Origin: Myxococcota bacterium
GTDB lineage: Bacteria; Myxococcota_A; UBA796; UBA2385
DNA length: 61,966 nucleotides
Direction of reading: 5' to 3'
Assembly: GCA_044344255.1 (NCBI GenBank)
Contig: JBIJDH010000031.1
Span: 1-61,966 of the forward strand
Part shown: positions 51,332 to 60,817 of the stretch, one piece after another
How the letters are laid out: the number at the start of each line of letters is the position of its first letter
Numbering within the stretch: the stretch's first letter is position 1
The notes under the pieces: model-generated
Databases searched by the model: none
What the model was told of the DNA's origin: nothing
Seen by the model: only the letters and a program-made list of their open reading frames with translations
Position numbers and translations under genes: made by a program

Positions 51332-52782
51332 CGGGCCCCCCGGCCGCGGAGCACGGCGGGGACGGTGCGCAGCAGGATGACGAGGTCGAGCCAGACCGAC
51401 CAGCCTTGGATGTACCAGATGTCGTGCTGCATCATCTGATGAAAGCCGGCGTCCGAGCGGCCCCCGACCTGCCAGGGGCCCGTGATGCCCGGCTTCACCT
51501 TGCTTCGGAGCTCGAACCAGTACCGGATCTCGGCGTCTTGCTCGATGCTGTCGATGTCACCGAGGGGCAGCGGACGCGGACCGACGAGGTTCATGTCGCC
51601 GCGCAGCACGTTCCAGAGCTGGGGCAGCTCGTCGATAGAGTACTTGCGGAGGAGGCGGCCGAGGGGGGTGACGCGGGGGTCGTCCCTAATCTTGAAGAGG
51701 GCCCCGTCGGCCTCGTTCTGGTCCTTCAGCTGCTCCCGCTGGAGCTCGGCGCCCACCACCATGGAGCGGAACTTGAAGAAAGGGAAGTTGCGACCACCCT
51801 TCCCGGCTCGTGGGTTCACGAAGAGCACGGGGCCACCGTCCTGGAGCTTCACCGCCAGGGCGACACAGAGCAGGAAGGGCAGCAGGAGCAGGCCGCCGAC
51901 GCCCACCAGCACGAGGTCGATCGCGCGCTTCACCTGCTCGCCGCGGGTGGGGTAAGCGAGGCCGGTGAGGTCGATGAGCTGCAGATCACCGAGCTCCGCC
52001 ACCTGAACGCGCAGGCTGGAGACCGCCCCCCACGAGAAGGGCACCTGGAGCATCCGCAGGCCCATCTGATCGGCGCGGGTGGCGATGAGCAGGGCCTCGT
52101 CGCGGTTGATGGCGCCGGTGGCCAGCACCAGCACCTGGAGGTTGTGCCGGTTCACGAGCTCGGCGAGCGCCTCGACGGGGCCGAGCACGGCCTCCACCCC
52201 CACCGCGGGGTCGCCGGCTTCGGCCTGCGCGGGCCGGATGAAGCCGACCACGGGGTAGGCGTGGTGGCCGAAGGCGCGCAGGCGCTCCGCCATCTGGCGG
52301 GCGTCCTCCCCCACGCCGACGATCGCGACCCGCTGCTGGATGATCGGCCGCGGGATGTGCCGCTGCACCCGGAAGAAGCCGAGGCGCAGCACCATCAGGA
52401 TGAGGGCGGTCGAGGCGCAGAAGCTCAAGATGAGGAAGCGGCTGTATGTGCGGTCGGGCATCAAGAACTGGAGGATCATCGCCACGACCGGCACGATCAG
52501 GCTCGACCGGGTGATCCCGGAGGCGATGCGCGCCGAGCTCGTCATCAGGCCGGGGTCGTAGAGGCCCGAGGCGCGGAGGGCCAGCACCCAGACCAGCAGC
52601 AGCACGATCGCCGGCGGCATGAAGGGGTTGTTGACCCAGAGGTCGAGCCAGCCGATGTGGGCGATGAACTCGAGCCGCGGGCGCCGCCAGATCCAGAGCT
52701 GGTGCGCCACCGCGAGCCCGGCGGCCACACCGGCGGCGTCGAGGCTGACCACCAGGACCTTGAGCAGGCCGGTGGGCTGCAC
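51328..52782 (-). CDS. Undecaprenyl-phosphate priming sugar transferase (WcaJ/WbaP family)
   Basis: KRAIDL, FKFRSM, DDPRVT, SIDELPQLWNVLRGDMNLVGPRP, KPGITG. Confidence 0.95.
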   Translation of the reverse strand: MQPTGLLKVLVVSLDAAGVAAGLAVAHQLWIWRRPRLEFIAHIGWLDLWVNNPFMPPAIVLLLVWVLALRASGLYDPGLMTSSARIASGITRSSLIVPVVAMILQFLMPDRTYSRFLILSFCASTALILMVLRLGFFRVQRHIPRPIIQQRVAIVGVGEDARQMAERLRAFGHHAYPVVGFIRPAQAEAGDPAVGVEAVLGPVEALAELVNRHNLQVLVLATGAINRDEALLIATRADQMGLRMLQVPFSWGAVSSLRVQVAELGDLQLIDLTGLAYPTRGEQVKRAIDLVLVGVGGLLLLPFLLCVALAVKLQDGGPVLFVNPRAGKGGRNFPFFKFRSMVVGAELQREQLKDQNEADGALFKIRDDPRVTPLGRLLRKYSIDELPQLWNVLRGDMNLVGPRPLPLGDIDSIEQDAEIRYWFELRSKVKPGITGPWQVGGRSDAGFHQMMQHDIWYIQGWSVWLDLVILLRTVPAVLRGRGAR

Positions 52783-52788
52783 GGGGGT

Positions 52789-53541
52789 CTACTCCAAGAC
52801 CGAGGAGGTGCCCTGCGCCCCGCTCGAGATCGCGTTGCGATAGATCGCCGAGCCGGCCACAAAGGGAGCGAGGACGGTCTGGATGTCCTTGAAGTAGCGC
52901 CCGACGTTGGTGATCGTGCGGGTGGGCACCACGACGATGTCGCCGCGCTGGAGGAAGATCGCCTGGTCGGTGCGCCCCTCGACGAAGATCGAGCGCACAT
53001 CGACGGTGTAGAGCTCGGGCTTGTCGAGGCCTCCGCGGATGAGCAGCACGTTGTCGGTGCGAGAGGTGGCGTTGATGCCGCCCGTCATCGTCAGCGCCTC
53101 GAGGATCGACATCTCGGAGTCGAGCTGCAGTACGCTCGGGTTCGTGACCTCACCGAGCACGAGCACCTTCTGGTTCTTGAGCTCGATGATGTTCACAGAG
53201 ACCTGAGGGTCCCGGTAATAGTCGGCGATCGAGGCCGAGAGGGTGTCGACGAGCTCGGGGTAGGTCATGCCGGCGGCGGGCACCCGCCCCACCAGGGGGT
53301 AGGTGATGCTGCCATCGGGGGCGATGGTGACGTCCATGTCGAGGTCGTCGTGCCGCCACACCTTGATGGAGATCCGATCTCCGGGGCCGAGGACGAAGTG
53401 CTCGGGGGTCGGCGTGGCGAGGGAAGACGCCGGGGCTTCCGAGATGTTGGGCAGCCGCTTACCGGCGCAGCCGCCGCCGCCGAAGACGGAGAGGGCGGCG
53501 GCGAGGAGGAGCGGGACTGCGGCGGGGTGACGGAGCGACAT
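52789..53541 (-). CDS. wza: Polysaccharide export lipoprotein (Wza/OPX family)
   Basis: Lipobox GGGC; LGPGDRISI, PDGSITYPLVG, VLGEV..P, LQRGDIVVVP; C-terminal amphipathic helix. Confidence 0.88.
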   Translation of the reverse strand: MSLRHPAAVPLLLAAALSVFGGGGCAGKRLPNISEAPASSLATPTPEHFVLGPGDRISIKVWRHDDLDMDVTIAPDGSITYPLVGRVPAAGMTYPELVDTLSASIADYYRDPQVSVNIIELKNQKVLVLGEVTNPSVLQLDSEMSILEALTMTGGINATSRTDNVLLIRGGLDKPELYTVDVRSIFVEGRTDQAIFLQRGDIVVVPTRTITNVGRYFKDIQTVLAPFVAGSAIYRNAISSGAQGTSSVLE

Positions 53542-53682
53542 GGAGGCGCAGGCTATCCCATCTCCCGGGCACCGGGAACGGTCTTGCCCGACGGGTGGCC
53601 CGACGGGTATAGGGTGGCTCCGTCGCCTCCCCCTCATCACTGGCCCGCCCGGCCGGTCTGCCCCCCTGCCACCGCGAGCTGA

Positions 53683-55803
53683 ATGGAACTCCTCAAGCTC
53701 TACACGGCCCTGCTCCGCCGTCGGTGGCTGGTCCTCCAGTCCGTGGTCTTCTTCACGGTGCTCGGGGCCGTGCTCGCGCTCATCCTGCCCAAGAACTACG
53801 AGGCCAGCGCGCGGGTCGTCGTGAGCTCGAGCGACGCGACGATGTCGATCTTGAGCGACCTCGGGCTCTCCGAGGTGGCGCAGGGGCTCTCCTCCTCCGA
53901 CGACCAGATCGCCAACGTGATCGCGCTCGCCACCACGCGGCCGGTCATCGACGAGGTGGGCTGGCGGCTCCAGCTCCGCGACAGCGACGGCAAGCCCTAC
54001 GAGATGGAGGAGATCCTCGTCGCCGGCCTCACCGGGGAGCTCGAGGCCAAGCCCAACATCAGCGTGGCCCAGGCCCAGGGCACCGACGTGCTCGTCTTCA
54101 CGGCGCGGGCCAACGATCCGCTGCTGGCTCGCTTGATGGCCGACACCGTGGTTGAGGTCGCGATTCAGGCCGCCCAGGAGCGGGCGAAGTCCGACACCCG
54201 CAACGCCCGCACCTTCATTCAGCAGCAGCTCGAGGTCGTCCGCGGGGAGTTTGACGCCGCGATGGGCGCGATCGCGGACGCCAAGGCCACCGAGGAGGTG
54301 CTCGACCTTGACAGCGAGGTCAAGGCCGCGATCACGCGCCTGTCCGAGCTCATGCTCCAGTACGAGCAGAACGCGGCCGCCATCCAGGAGACGCGCGCCA
54401 AGCTCGCCTCCACGCAGGCCTACCAGGATCGGGAGTCCGCCTCAGCCGTCTCGCCCACCACGTCGCAGCAGAACAACCGCATCCAAGACATCCGAGACCG
54501 GCTGACGAACCTCCGCGAGCAGCGCGCCACCGAGCTCACCGACAAGATGGAGCGCCACCCCGACATTCAGCGCATCGATCAGATGTTGGCGGCGGCCGAG
54601 GCCGACCTCGAGAGCGCCATCGTCGAACAGCACCTCCTCGATCCGAACATCCAGCTCCTCCAGGCCCAGCTCGCCGGACAGGTCGAGAAGGGGGCCGAGA
54701 TCAACGAGTCCATCCTCCGCACCACCGAGAAATTCGGCGCCTACCCCGACAAGATGCGCCGCCTCTCCCAGCTCCAGCTCGCCGCCAACGCCGCCGAGGA
54801 GGTCTACAAGAGCCTCCAGGAGCAGGGCTACCAGATCGGTGTGGCCGAGGCGATGCTCGTGAGCGACATGCGGCTCGTCGATCCGGCCAAGATGCCAGAC
54901 CGCCAGTCGAGCCCCAAGCTGCTCGTCAACACGGTGCTCGGCTTCCTGGTCGGCTGCGCCTTCGGACTTGGGCTCGCCTTCCTCTTCGAGTATGTGGACG
55001 ACTCCGTGAAGTCTCCCGACGAGCTCGCCGAGATCTGGCCGCTCGTCCGCCTCGGCGTCATCCCCCGCTTCCGGGCCGACAAGGACCGCCGCATCATCGA
55101 CGTCTTCCCTGCGGTGCACCCCATCTCCGAGGCCTACCGCAGCGTCCGCAGCAGCCTCGTCTACGCCTCGCTCGACAAGCCGCTGCGCTTGCTCTCCGCC
55201 ACCTCGGCCGTGCCGGGCGAGGGCAAGAGCACCTTCACGATGAACCTCGCCATCTCCTTCGCCCGCGACGGCAAGCGGGTGCTGGTGGTGGACTGTGACC
55301 TGCGGCGGCCAGTGCAGCACCGGGCCTTCCCGAGCCTCTCGAACCAGATCGGCCTCACCGACGTCCTCGCGCGGCGGGTGGAGGCCTCCGCCGCCATCCA
55401 GCCCACCTCGGTAGACGGCCTGTTCGTGCTGACGAGCGGCCCCGTGCCGACCGATCCCGCCCGCCTCGTCGAGAGCCACCGCCTCGCCGAGCTCCTCGCC
55501 GAGCTTCGCGAGCAGTGGGACCTCGTGCTGGTCGACACGCCGCCCTGCCTCGTGGTGCACGACTCCCTCATCATCGCCCGCGTGGTGGACGGCATGATCG
55601 TGGTGGTCGAGAGCGGCAAGACGGGCCGCAAGCTGGTCTCCGACATGCGGGCCCGCTTCGAGGCGGTCGGCGTCGAGCCGGTCGGCGTCGCCCTCAACAA
55701 GCTCAACCACTCCACCTCGGGCTACGGCTACTACGGCAAGGCCTACGAAAAGTACCACTCGGCCGCCAAAGAGGCCGCGGGCACGGGCAAGGAGGAGGCA
55801 TGA
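53683..55803 (+). CDS. wzc: Polysaccharide co-polymerase / tyrosine autokinase (Wzc family)
   Basis: Two TMs around a coiled coil; EAYRSVR, GEGKS, VDCDLRRP, DTPP; Tyr cluster GYGYYGKAY. Confidence 0.93.
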   Translation: MELLKLYTALLRRRWLVLQSVVFFTVLGAVLALILPKNYEASARVVVSSSDATMSILSDLGLSEVAQGLSSSDDQIANVIALATTRPVIDEVGWRLQLRDSDGKPYEMEEILVAGLTGELEAKPNISVAQAQGTDVLVFTARANDPLLARLMADTVVEVAIQAAQERAKSDTRNARTFIQQQLEVVRGEFDAAMGAIADAKATEEVLDLDSEVKAAITRLSELMLQYEQNAAAIQETRAKLASTQAYQDRESASAVSPTTSQQNNRIQDIRDRLTNLREQRATELTDKMERHPDIQRIDQMLAAAEADLESAIVEQHLLDPNIQLLQAQLAGQVEKGAEINESILRTTEKFGAYPDKMRRLSQLQLAANAAEEVYKSLQEQGYQIGVAEAMLVSDMRLVDPAKMPDRQSSPKLLVNTVLGFLVGCAFGLGLAFLFEYVDDSVKSPDELAEIWPLVRLGVIPRFRADKDRRIIDVFPAVHPISEAYRSVRSSLVYASLDKPLRLLSATSAVPGEGKSTFTMNLAISFARDGKRVLVVDCDLRRPVQHRAFPSLSNQIGLTDVLARRVEASAAIQPTSVDGLFVLTSGPVPTDPARLVESHRLAELLAELREQWDLVLVDTPPCLVVHDSLIIARVVDGMIVVVESGKTGRKLVSDMRARFEAVGVEPVGVALNKLNHSTSGYGYYGKAYEKYHSAAKEAAGTGKEEA

Positions 55804-56573
55804 GCTCCACCCGACGGCCGCTCGCCGCCCTCTTGACCGTGAGCCTCTGGACCGCCTGCGGCGCCAGCCCCGACGAGGTCGCGCGAAACTTGAGCTCGCC
55901 GAACCCGGTGGTGAAGGAGGACTCCGCCAAGATCGCGGACAACTTCGACTCTCCCGAGGTGCGGGCCGCGCTCGTCGTGGCGCTGCAAGACCCGAGCGAG
56001 CGCACACGGCTCAACGCCATCGAGAGCCTCGTCGAGCTCGAGGCCAAGGAGGGGGTGCCGGGGCTGATCCTCGTCGTCCAGCAGGACCCCTCCGACCGCG
56101 TGAAGGGGAAGGCCATCGACGCGCTCGGGCGCCTGAAAGACCCCGCCGCCGTGCCGGTCATCCTCGAGTACATCCTCGCCCACGACGCCGCGAAGCCGCC
56201 GCTGAACGCGATCTGGGCCCTCGGCTTCATCGAGGACAACCGCGCGCTGCCGGTGCTCGCCCCCCTTCTCGACAGCCCTGACCCCTACATCGCCTGGAAC
56301 GCCCGCCAGGCGCTGCGCAGCATCCACCCCTCCGGGGCCACGCCCGAGGGCGAGGCCGGCGCCGCCGCGAGCCCCACCGCGAGCCCGGCCTCCGCTGGGA
56401 GCCCGGCCGAGGCCCCGCCGGCCGCCCCCGCCGAGCCGCCGCCCGCTCCGCCGGCCGCACCCGCGGAGGAGGGCGCCCCGCCGACCCCGGTGACGCCGCT
56501 CCCCGGCCCCAACGGCGAGCGCTACATTGACCCCTTCGCCTCGCCCGGCGAGCCCAACGGCCCGCCGCTCTGA
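55800..56573 (+). CDS. HEAT-repeat lipoprotein with a Pro/Ala-rich tail
   Basis: ATGA overlap with wzc; lipobox WTAC; repeats such as AIDALGRLKDPAAVP and AIWALGFIEDNRALP. Confidence 0.85.
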   Translation: MSSTRRPLAALLTVSLWTACGASPDEVARNLSSPNPVVKEDSAKIADNFDSPEVRAALVVALQDPSERTRLNAIESLVELEAKEGVPGLILVVQQDPSDRVKGKAIDALGRLKDPAAVPVILEYILAHDAAKPPLNAIWALGFIEDNRALPVLAPLLDSPDPYIAWNARQALRSIHPSGATPEGEAGAAASPTASPASAGSPAEAPPAAPAEPPPAPPAAPAEEGAPPTPVTPLPGPNGERYIDPFASPGEPNGPPL

Positions 56574-56598
56574 GCGGACGCGGAGCCCTCTCGGGGGG

Positions 56599-58785
56599 CT
56601 AGCGGAGGCCGCAGGTGCGGAGCTGCTGGGCCACCGTGGGGTTGTCGCCCGCCCCGGCCTCGACGAGGCGCAGCAGCAGCGGCTTGGCCTCGGCGCAGCG
56701 CCCCGCTTCGACCAGCATGCGCGCCGGCATCGCCGTGGCGCGGAGGTCACCGGGGCGGGCGGCCTGGGCGGCGGCGTAGTGGGGAAGCGCGGCGTCGGGC
56801 TGGCCGCTCTGCTGGTAGGCCACGCCGAGCCAGAGCTCGATGTCCTGCGCGGCGGCGCCCCCCTGCTGGGCCTGGAGCAGCAGCGCGGGGGCCTCGCTGG
56901 GGTGCTGGGTCTGTATGGCGGCGAGGCCGGCGAGGTAGGCGAGCTCGGGGTGCTCGGGGGCGGCCGCGAGCCCCGCGCCGCAGACGCGCCGCACCTCGGC
57001 GGGCTGCTCCTTCCGCGTCCAGACCTGCGCCTCGGCGAGGTAGCCGCGGGCGTCCTTGGGGTTCACCGCCTGCAGTCGACGGGCGAGACCGAGGGCGCGG
57101 TCGAGCTCCGAGAGCTCGAGGGCGAGGCTGGCGGCCCCGGCCAAGGCCTGGGGGTGCTCCGGCTGGCGCTCGAGCAGGCGGCTGAGCTCGTCCAGGGCGC
57201 CTCGGGTGTCGCCGCGGGCCTTGCGGAGCTCGGCCAGGGTCACCCGCAAGTTGAAGGCCTGCGGCTGCTGGTCGGCCATCTCGGAGAGGGTGAGGAGAGG
57301 GTCGCGCGGGCCCTTGGCGGCGGCGGCGCGCGCCTCCTCGGCCATGCCAGCGACCTTGTCGCGGGGATCGGGCGCGCCCTCGGGAGCGGGGACGTCGGCG
57401 GTGGTGTAGCCGAGGGCGGCGAGGGCGGCGGTGGCCTCGGCGGAGACCTCGCCCGGGCGCAGCACCCCCTCTCCCCTCCCCTCCGCGATGACGGCGGCGA
57501 GCGTGTCCCCGGGGCGGTCCAAGGCGGCGGCGCCCGAGGGATCGCTCTGCCAGTCGCTCAGCCGGGACCAGGCGCCCACCTCGAGGCGGAGCGAGTCGTC
57601 CTGGGCCATCTGGAGCCCGCTCCAGCCGTAGTGGAACCAGGGCACGAAGGTCTCGGCGTAGACGGCCCCGCGGTCGAGGGCGGCTCCGTCGACCGCGGCG
57701 CGCAGGCTGCGCCCGTCGAGGCTGGGGAGCGCGGGGGCGCCGGCCCAGTCGAGCAGGGTCGGGGTGATGTCGACCCCGCTCACCGGTCGCTCGATCACCC
57801 GCGCCGCCCGCGGGGCGTCGGCGACCGCCTCGAGCAGCAGCCCGGGATCGGCCCCCGCCGGGCGCTCGACCGCGGACAGGCCGGGCCGGGCCGCCGGGGC
57901 CTCGCCGCCTGCGGGGGTCGAGCGGAGGCCCCCCGGGGGGCGGATGATCAGCGGCACCCGGGTGGCCGCGCGGCCGAGCAGCAGCCCGTGCTCCCGCTCG
58001 CCGTGCTCCCAGAGCCCCTCGCCGTGGTCGGCGACGACGACGATCAGGGCGTTCGGGCCGACCCGCTCGACCATGCGGCCGAGGGCGGCGTCGGCCCGCG
58101 CCACCTCGTCACGGTAGGGGTCGCCGGTGCTGGCCTCCCCCGCCCGGGCGGGGACCCAGGGGGCGTGCGGCTCGAAGAGGTGGACGAAGGCGAAGCGCGG
58201 CGCGCCGGCCGCCTCCCCCCACCAGCGGCTCGCGCCCTCGACCACCGCGGCGCCGGGGTGCTCCACCTCTCCGAAAGCGCCGACCCGGGCGAGCTCCCGG
58301 GGGTCAAAGCCATCCACATAGGTGTCGAAGCCCTGGTCGAGGCCGGCCGCGCTGTCGAGCACGTAGGCCGCGACGAAGGCCCCCGTCCGGTAGCCCGCGC
58401 CGCGCAGCGACTCGGCGAGTGTGGGGATGTCCTCGGCCATTCGGAAGCCGGCGTTGTCGCGCAGCCCGTGCCGGCGTGGGAGGAGGCCCGTGAGCATCGA
58501 GGCGTGGCTCGGCAGCGTGAGCGGCGTGACCGCGTGCGCCTCGCGGAAGAGCGCCCCGGCGGCGGCGAGGCCGTCGAGGGCCGGGGTGTGGGCCCGCCCA
58601 TCGCCGTAGGCCCCCACCCGGTCGGCCCGCAGGGTGTCGATGCTGACGAGGAGGATGTCGGGGTGGGCGGCGCTCCCCGCGGCGGCGTCATCGCCCACCT
58701 GGGCGACAGGCGGCCCGGCCGGGCCTCCGGCGGGGGAGCTCGGGGGCGCGGGATCGCCACAGGCGAGGAGCAGGAGGGTGATCAC
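56599..58785 (-). CDS. Sulfatase-fold lipoprotein (TxPxH variant) with C-terminal TPR repeats
   Basis: Lipobox LLAC; LVSIDTLRAD, LTLPSHASMLTG, HLFEPHAP, ADHGE, LAALGY; TPR helices. Confidence 0.88.
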   Translation of the reverse strand: MITLLLLACGDPAPPSSPAGGPAGPPVAQVGDDAAAGSAAHPDILLVSIDTLRADRVGAYGDGRAHTPALDGLAAAGALFREAHAVTPLTLPSHASMLTGLLPRRHGLRDNAGFRMAEDIPTLAESLRGAGYRTGAFVAAYVLDSAAGLDQGFDTYVDGFDPRELARVGAFGEVEHPGAAVVEGASRWWGEAAGAPRFAFVHLFEPHAPWVPARAGEASTGDPYRDEVARADAALGRMVERVGPNALIVVVADHGEGLWEHGEREHGLLLGRAATRVPLIIRPPGGLRSTPAGGEAPAARPGLSAVERPAGADPGLLLEAVADAPRAARVIERPVSGVDITPTLLDWAGAPALPSLDGRSLRAAVDGAALDRGAVYAETFVPWFHYGWSGLQMAQDDSLRLEVGAWSRLSDWQSDPSGAAALDRPGDTLAAVIAEGRGEGVLRPGEVSAEATAALAALGYTTADVPAPEGAPDPRDKVAGMAEEARAAAAKGPRDPLLTLSEMADQQPQAFNLRVTLAELRKARGDTRGALDELSRLLERQPEHPQALAGAASLALELSELDRALGLARRLQAVNPKDARGYLAEAQVWTRKEQPAEVRRVCGAGLAAAPEHPELAYLAGLAAIQTQHPSEAPALLLQAQQGGAAAQDIELWLGVAYQQSGQPDAALPHYAAAQAARPGDLRATAMPARMLVEAGRCAEAKPLLLRLVEAGAGDNPTVAQQLRTCGLR

Positions 58786-58907
58786 GCGGGTGAGCTAACC
58801 TCGATTCGTACCAGACCGGGAGGCGGGAGGGTCGGAGATGGGCTCCTCGGCGGGGACGGCGCGGGTTAGGCCAGCGCCGCCCACTCCCCGCCGCACCGAG
58901 GGATACG

Positions 58908-60239
58908 ATGCTCCGAAGCTCCCTGATCGCCCTGCTCGCCTTGGTCGTGGCCTGCGCCTCCACCGGCTCCAAGCGAGGCGGAGGCGGCGACGACACGGCC
59001 CCGGACGGCGACACCGGCGACACGGACGACACCAGCTCGGAGGGCAGCCCCGCCGGGGTCGTCGACGTCCCGCCAACCGGCCCCTACGGCGCGCACAGCT
59101 TCCCGGTCCCCGCCCAGGCGAACTGGGTGAACACCGGCCTCTACCTCCGCGCGGGGCAGACGGCTGAGATCAGCGCCACCGGCGAGTGGTCGGTCGACGG
59201 CGAGGCGGTGGGCCCGGAGGGGGCGAGCGGGCGGGAGCGCGGCTGCACCATCGGCTCCCTCGTGGCCCGCAGCGGCCTCCGCTTCGAGGAGGACATCGAG
59301 TGTATCGGCGCCGGCGCCACCTTCACCGCTGCCACCGACGACATCCTCTATGTGGGCATGATCTACAGCACCGACCTCGGCGAGACCTACGCCTCGCGCC
59401 TCGGCCTCGACGGAGAGCTCGAGGTGACCGTCACGAGCGACGGAGACACCGTCCCCACCATCGCGGCGGCGGACCTCTCCGGCTACCCCTTCGACACGGT
59501 GAGCAGCGGCTGGGTGGAGCTCCAGTCCGAGCACCACCTCGTCACCATCGAGGCCAGCGAGGTCATGGCTGACCTCGACGTCGCCGCGGACTCGCTCTCC
59601 ACCCTCGACGACATCTATGAGGTCGAGGCGGACATGCGCGGCGATCAGCCCTATTCGGGGGGCCTCGTCCGCTGGTACCCCGACGCCACCATCACCGACT
59701 TCGCCTACATGCTCGCCGGGAACCCGACCCGCTGTGATCCCAGCCTGATGAACGGTGGGCAGACCCAGCGCATCCTCCGCGCCGCGGAGGGCACGACCGA
59801 CATCTGGGGCTTCTCCCACGAGCTCGGCCACTCCTTCACGATGGCCAACGGCGCCTGGGTCTACATGTACGTGAACCTGGAGAGCTGGCCGAACCTCTTC
59901 ACGCTCCGAGCCCTCGACACCCTCGACCGCACCGAAGACCAGCCCAATTTCGACAGCTACTGCGATGGTCGCGACGCCTACTTCGCCGATCCCGTCTACG
60001 AGACCCTCGCCGATGACCCCTTCCTCCAGCTCTGCTTCCTGATGGACTTCGACGAGGCCTACGGCCCCACCTTCTACGACGACTTCTTCGACGGCCTGAG
60101 CACGCAGACCAACGACGACGTGCGCTACGACGGCACCGACGCCTCGGTCTGGCGCTACGTGCGGGACCGCTTCGACCTCGCCGCGGGGGAGGACACGACG
60201 CCGATCTTCGAGCGCTGGGGGGTCCCGCTCGACGAGTAG
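58908..60239 (+). CDS. Lipoprotein with a LecA/PA-IL-like domain and an M60-like zinc peptidase domain
   Basis: Lipobox VVAC; WVNTGLYLRAGQTAEISATGEWS; gluzincin pattern WGFSHELGH..ESWPN. Confidence 0.75.
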   Translation: MLRSSLIALLALVVACASTGSKRGGGGDDTAPDGDTGDTDDTSSEGSPAGVVDVPPTGPYGAHSFPVPAQANWVNTGLYLRAGQTAEISATGEWSVDGEAVGPEGASGRERGCTIGSLVARSGLRFEEDIECIGAGATFTAATDDILYVGMIYSTDLGETYASRLGLDGELEVTVTSDGDTVPTIAAADLSGYPFDTVSSGWVELQSEHHLVTIEASEVMADLDVAADSLSTLDDIYEVEADMRGDQPYSGGLVRWYPDATITDFAYMLAGNPTRCDPSLMNGGQTQRILRAAEGTTDIWGFSHELGHSFTMANGAWVYMYVNLESWPNLFTLRALDTLDRTEDQPNFDSYCDGRDAYFADPVYETLADDPFLQLCFLMDFDEAYGPTFYDDFFDGLSTQTNDDVRYDGTDASVWRYVRDRFDLAAGEDTTPIFERWGVPLDE

Positions 60240-60370
60240 GGCGGCGGCGGAGGCGGACTGGGCCCGTTCGGGCAGCCGCGACGCCTACGATCGGTCCATG
60301 GGGGCCCCCCCTTTCGAACGCGGCTGGTCGAAGCTGCTCTCTCGCTCCTTGGCGGGTTATCTCGCGAGGC

Positions 60371-60817
60371 ATGGCTGTGCCGTCCACCTCGTCGCATCCG
60401 AACAGGCTTCGCTCTGTCGCCCTGACCGCTCTCGTCCTCGGAGCCGTCGGTGTGTCCTCCGCGATCGGGTTTGGAGCCGGTGTCGTATGGGAACGATGGA
60501 CTCCCTGCTTCCAGTTTCTGGGAGGCACCTCCGTCACCGAAATTGAGGGCGGTGTATCTCCCGATGGGCGGTGGGTGGTGGTGCAGGAGCAGTCCGGATT
60601 CCAGGACAAAGCCTTCTGGCTCGCGCTCTATCGGAACCCTCCGCCGGAGAGGGTGTGTGGGGAGACTGTCCATCCGCCGATCATGATCCTCCCGGATGAG
60701 ATCCTGGCGACTGAGGACCGCGTGGTGGTCCGTCCCCCGAGCGTGGAGGTCGTCCACGGTGTGCGGGCGCTCGGCGAACCGCAGTTCAAATGGGACGAAA
60801 CTACGGCGGAGCGGTGA
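60371..60817 (+). CDS. Hypothetical membrane-anchored protein with atypical codon use
   Basis: N-terminal TM and SPDG; more A/T-ending codons than neighbouring genes. Confidence 0.5.
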   Translation: MAVPSTSSHPNRLRSVALTALVLGAVGVSSAIGFGAGVVWERWTPCFQFLGGTSVTEIEGGVSPDGRWVVVQEQSGFQDKAFWLALYRNPPPERVCGETVHPPIMILPDEILATEDRVVVRPPSVEVVHGVRALGEPQFKWDETTAER

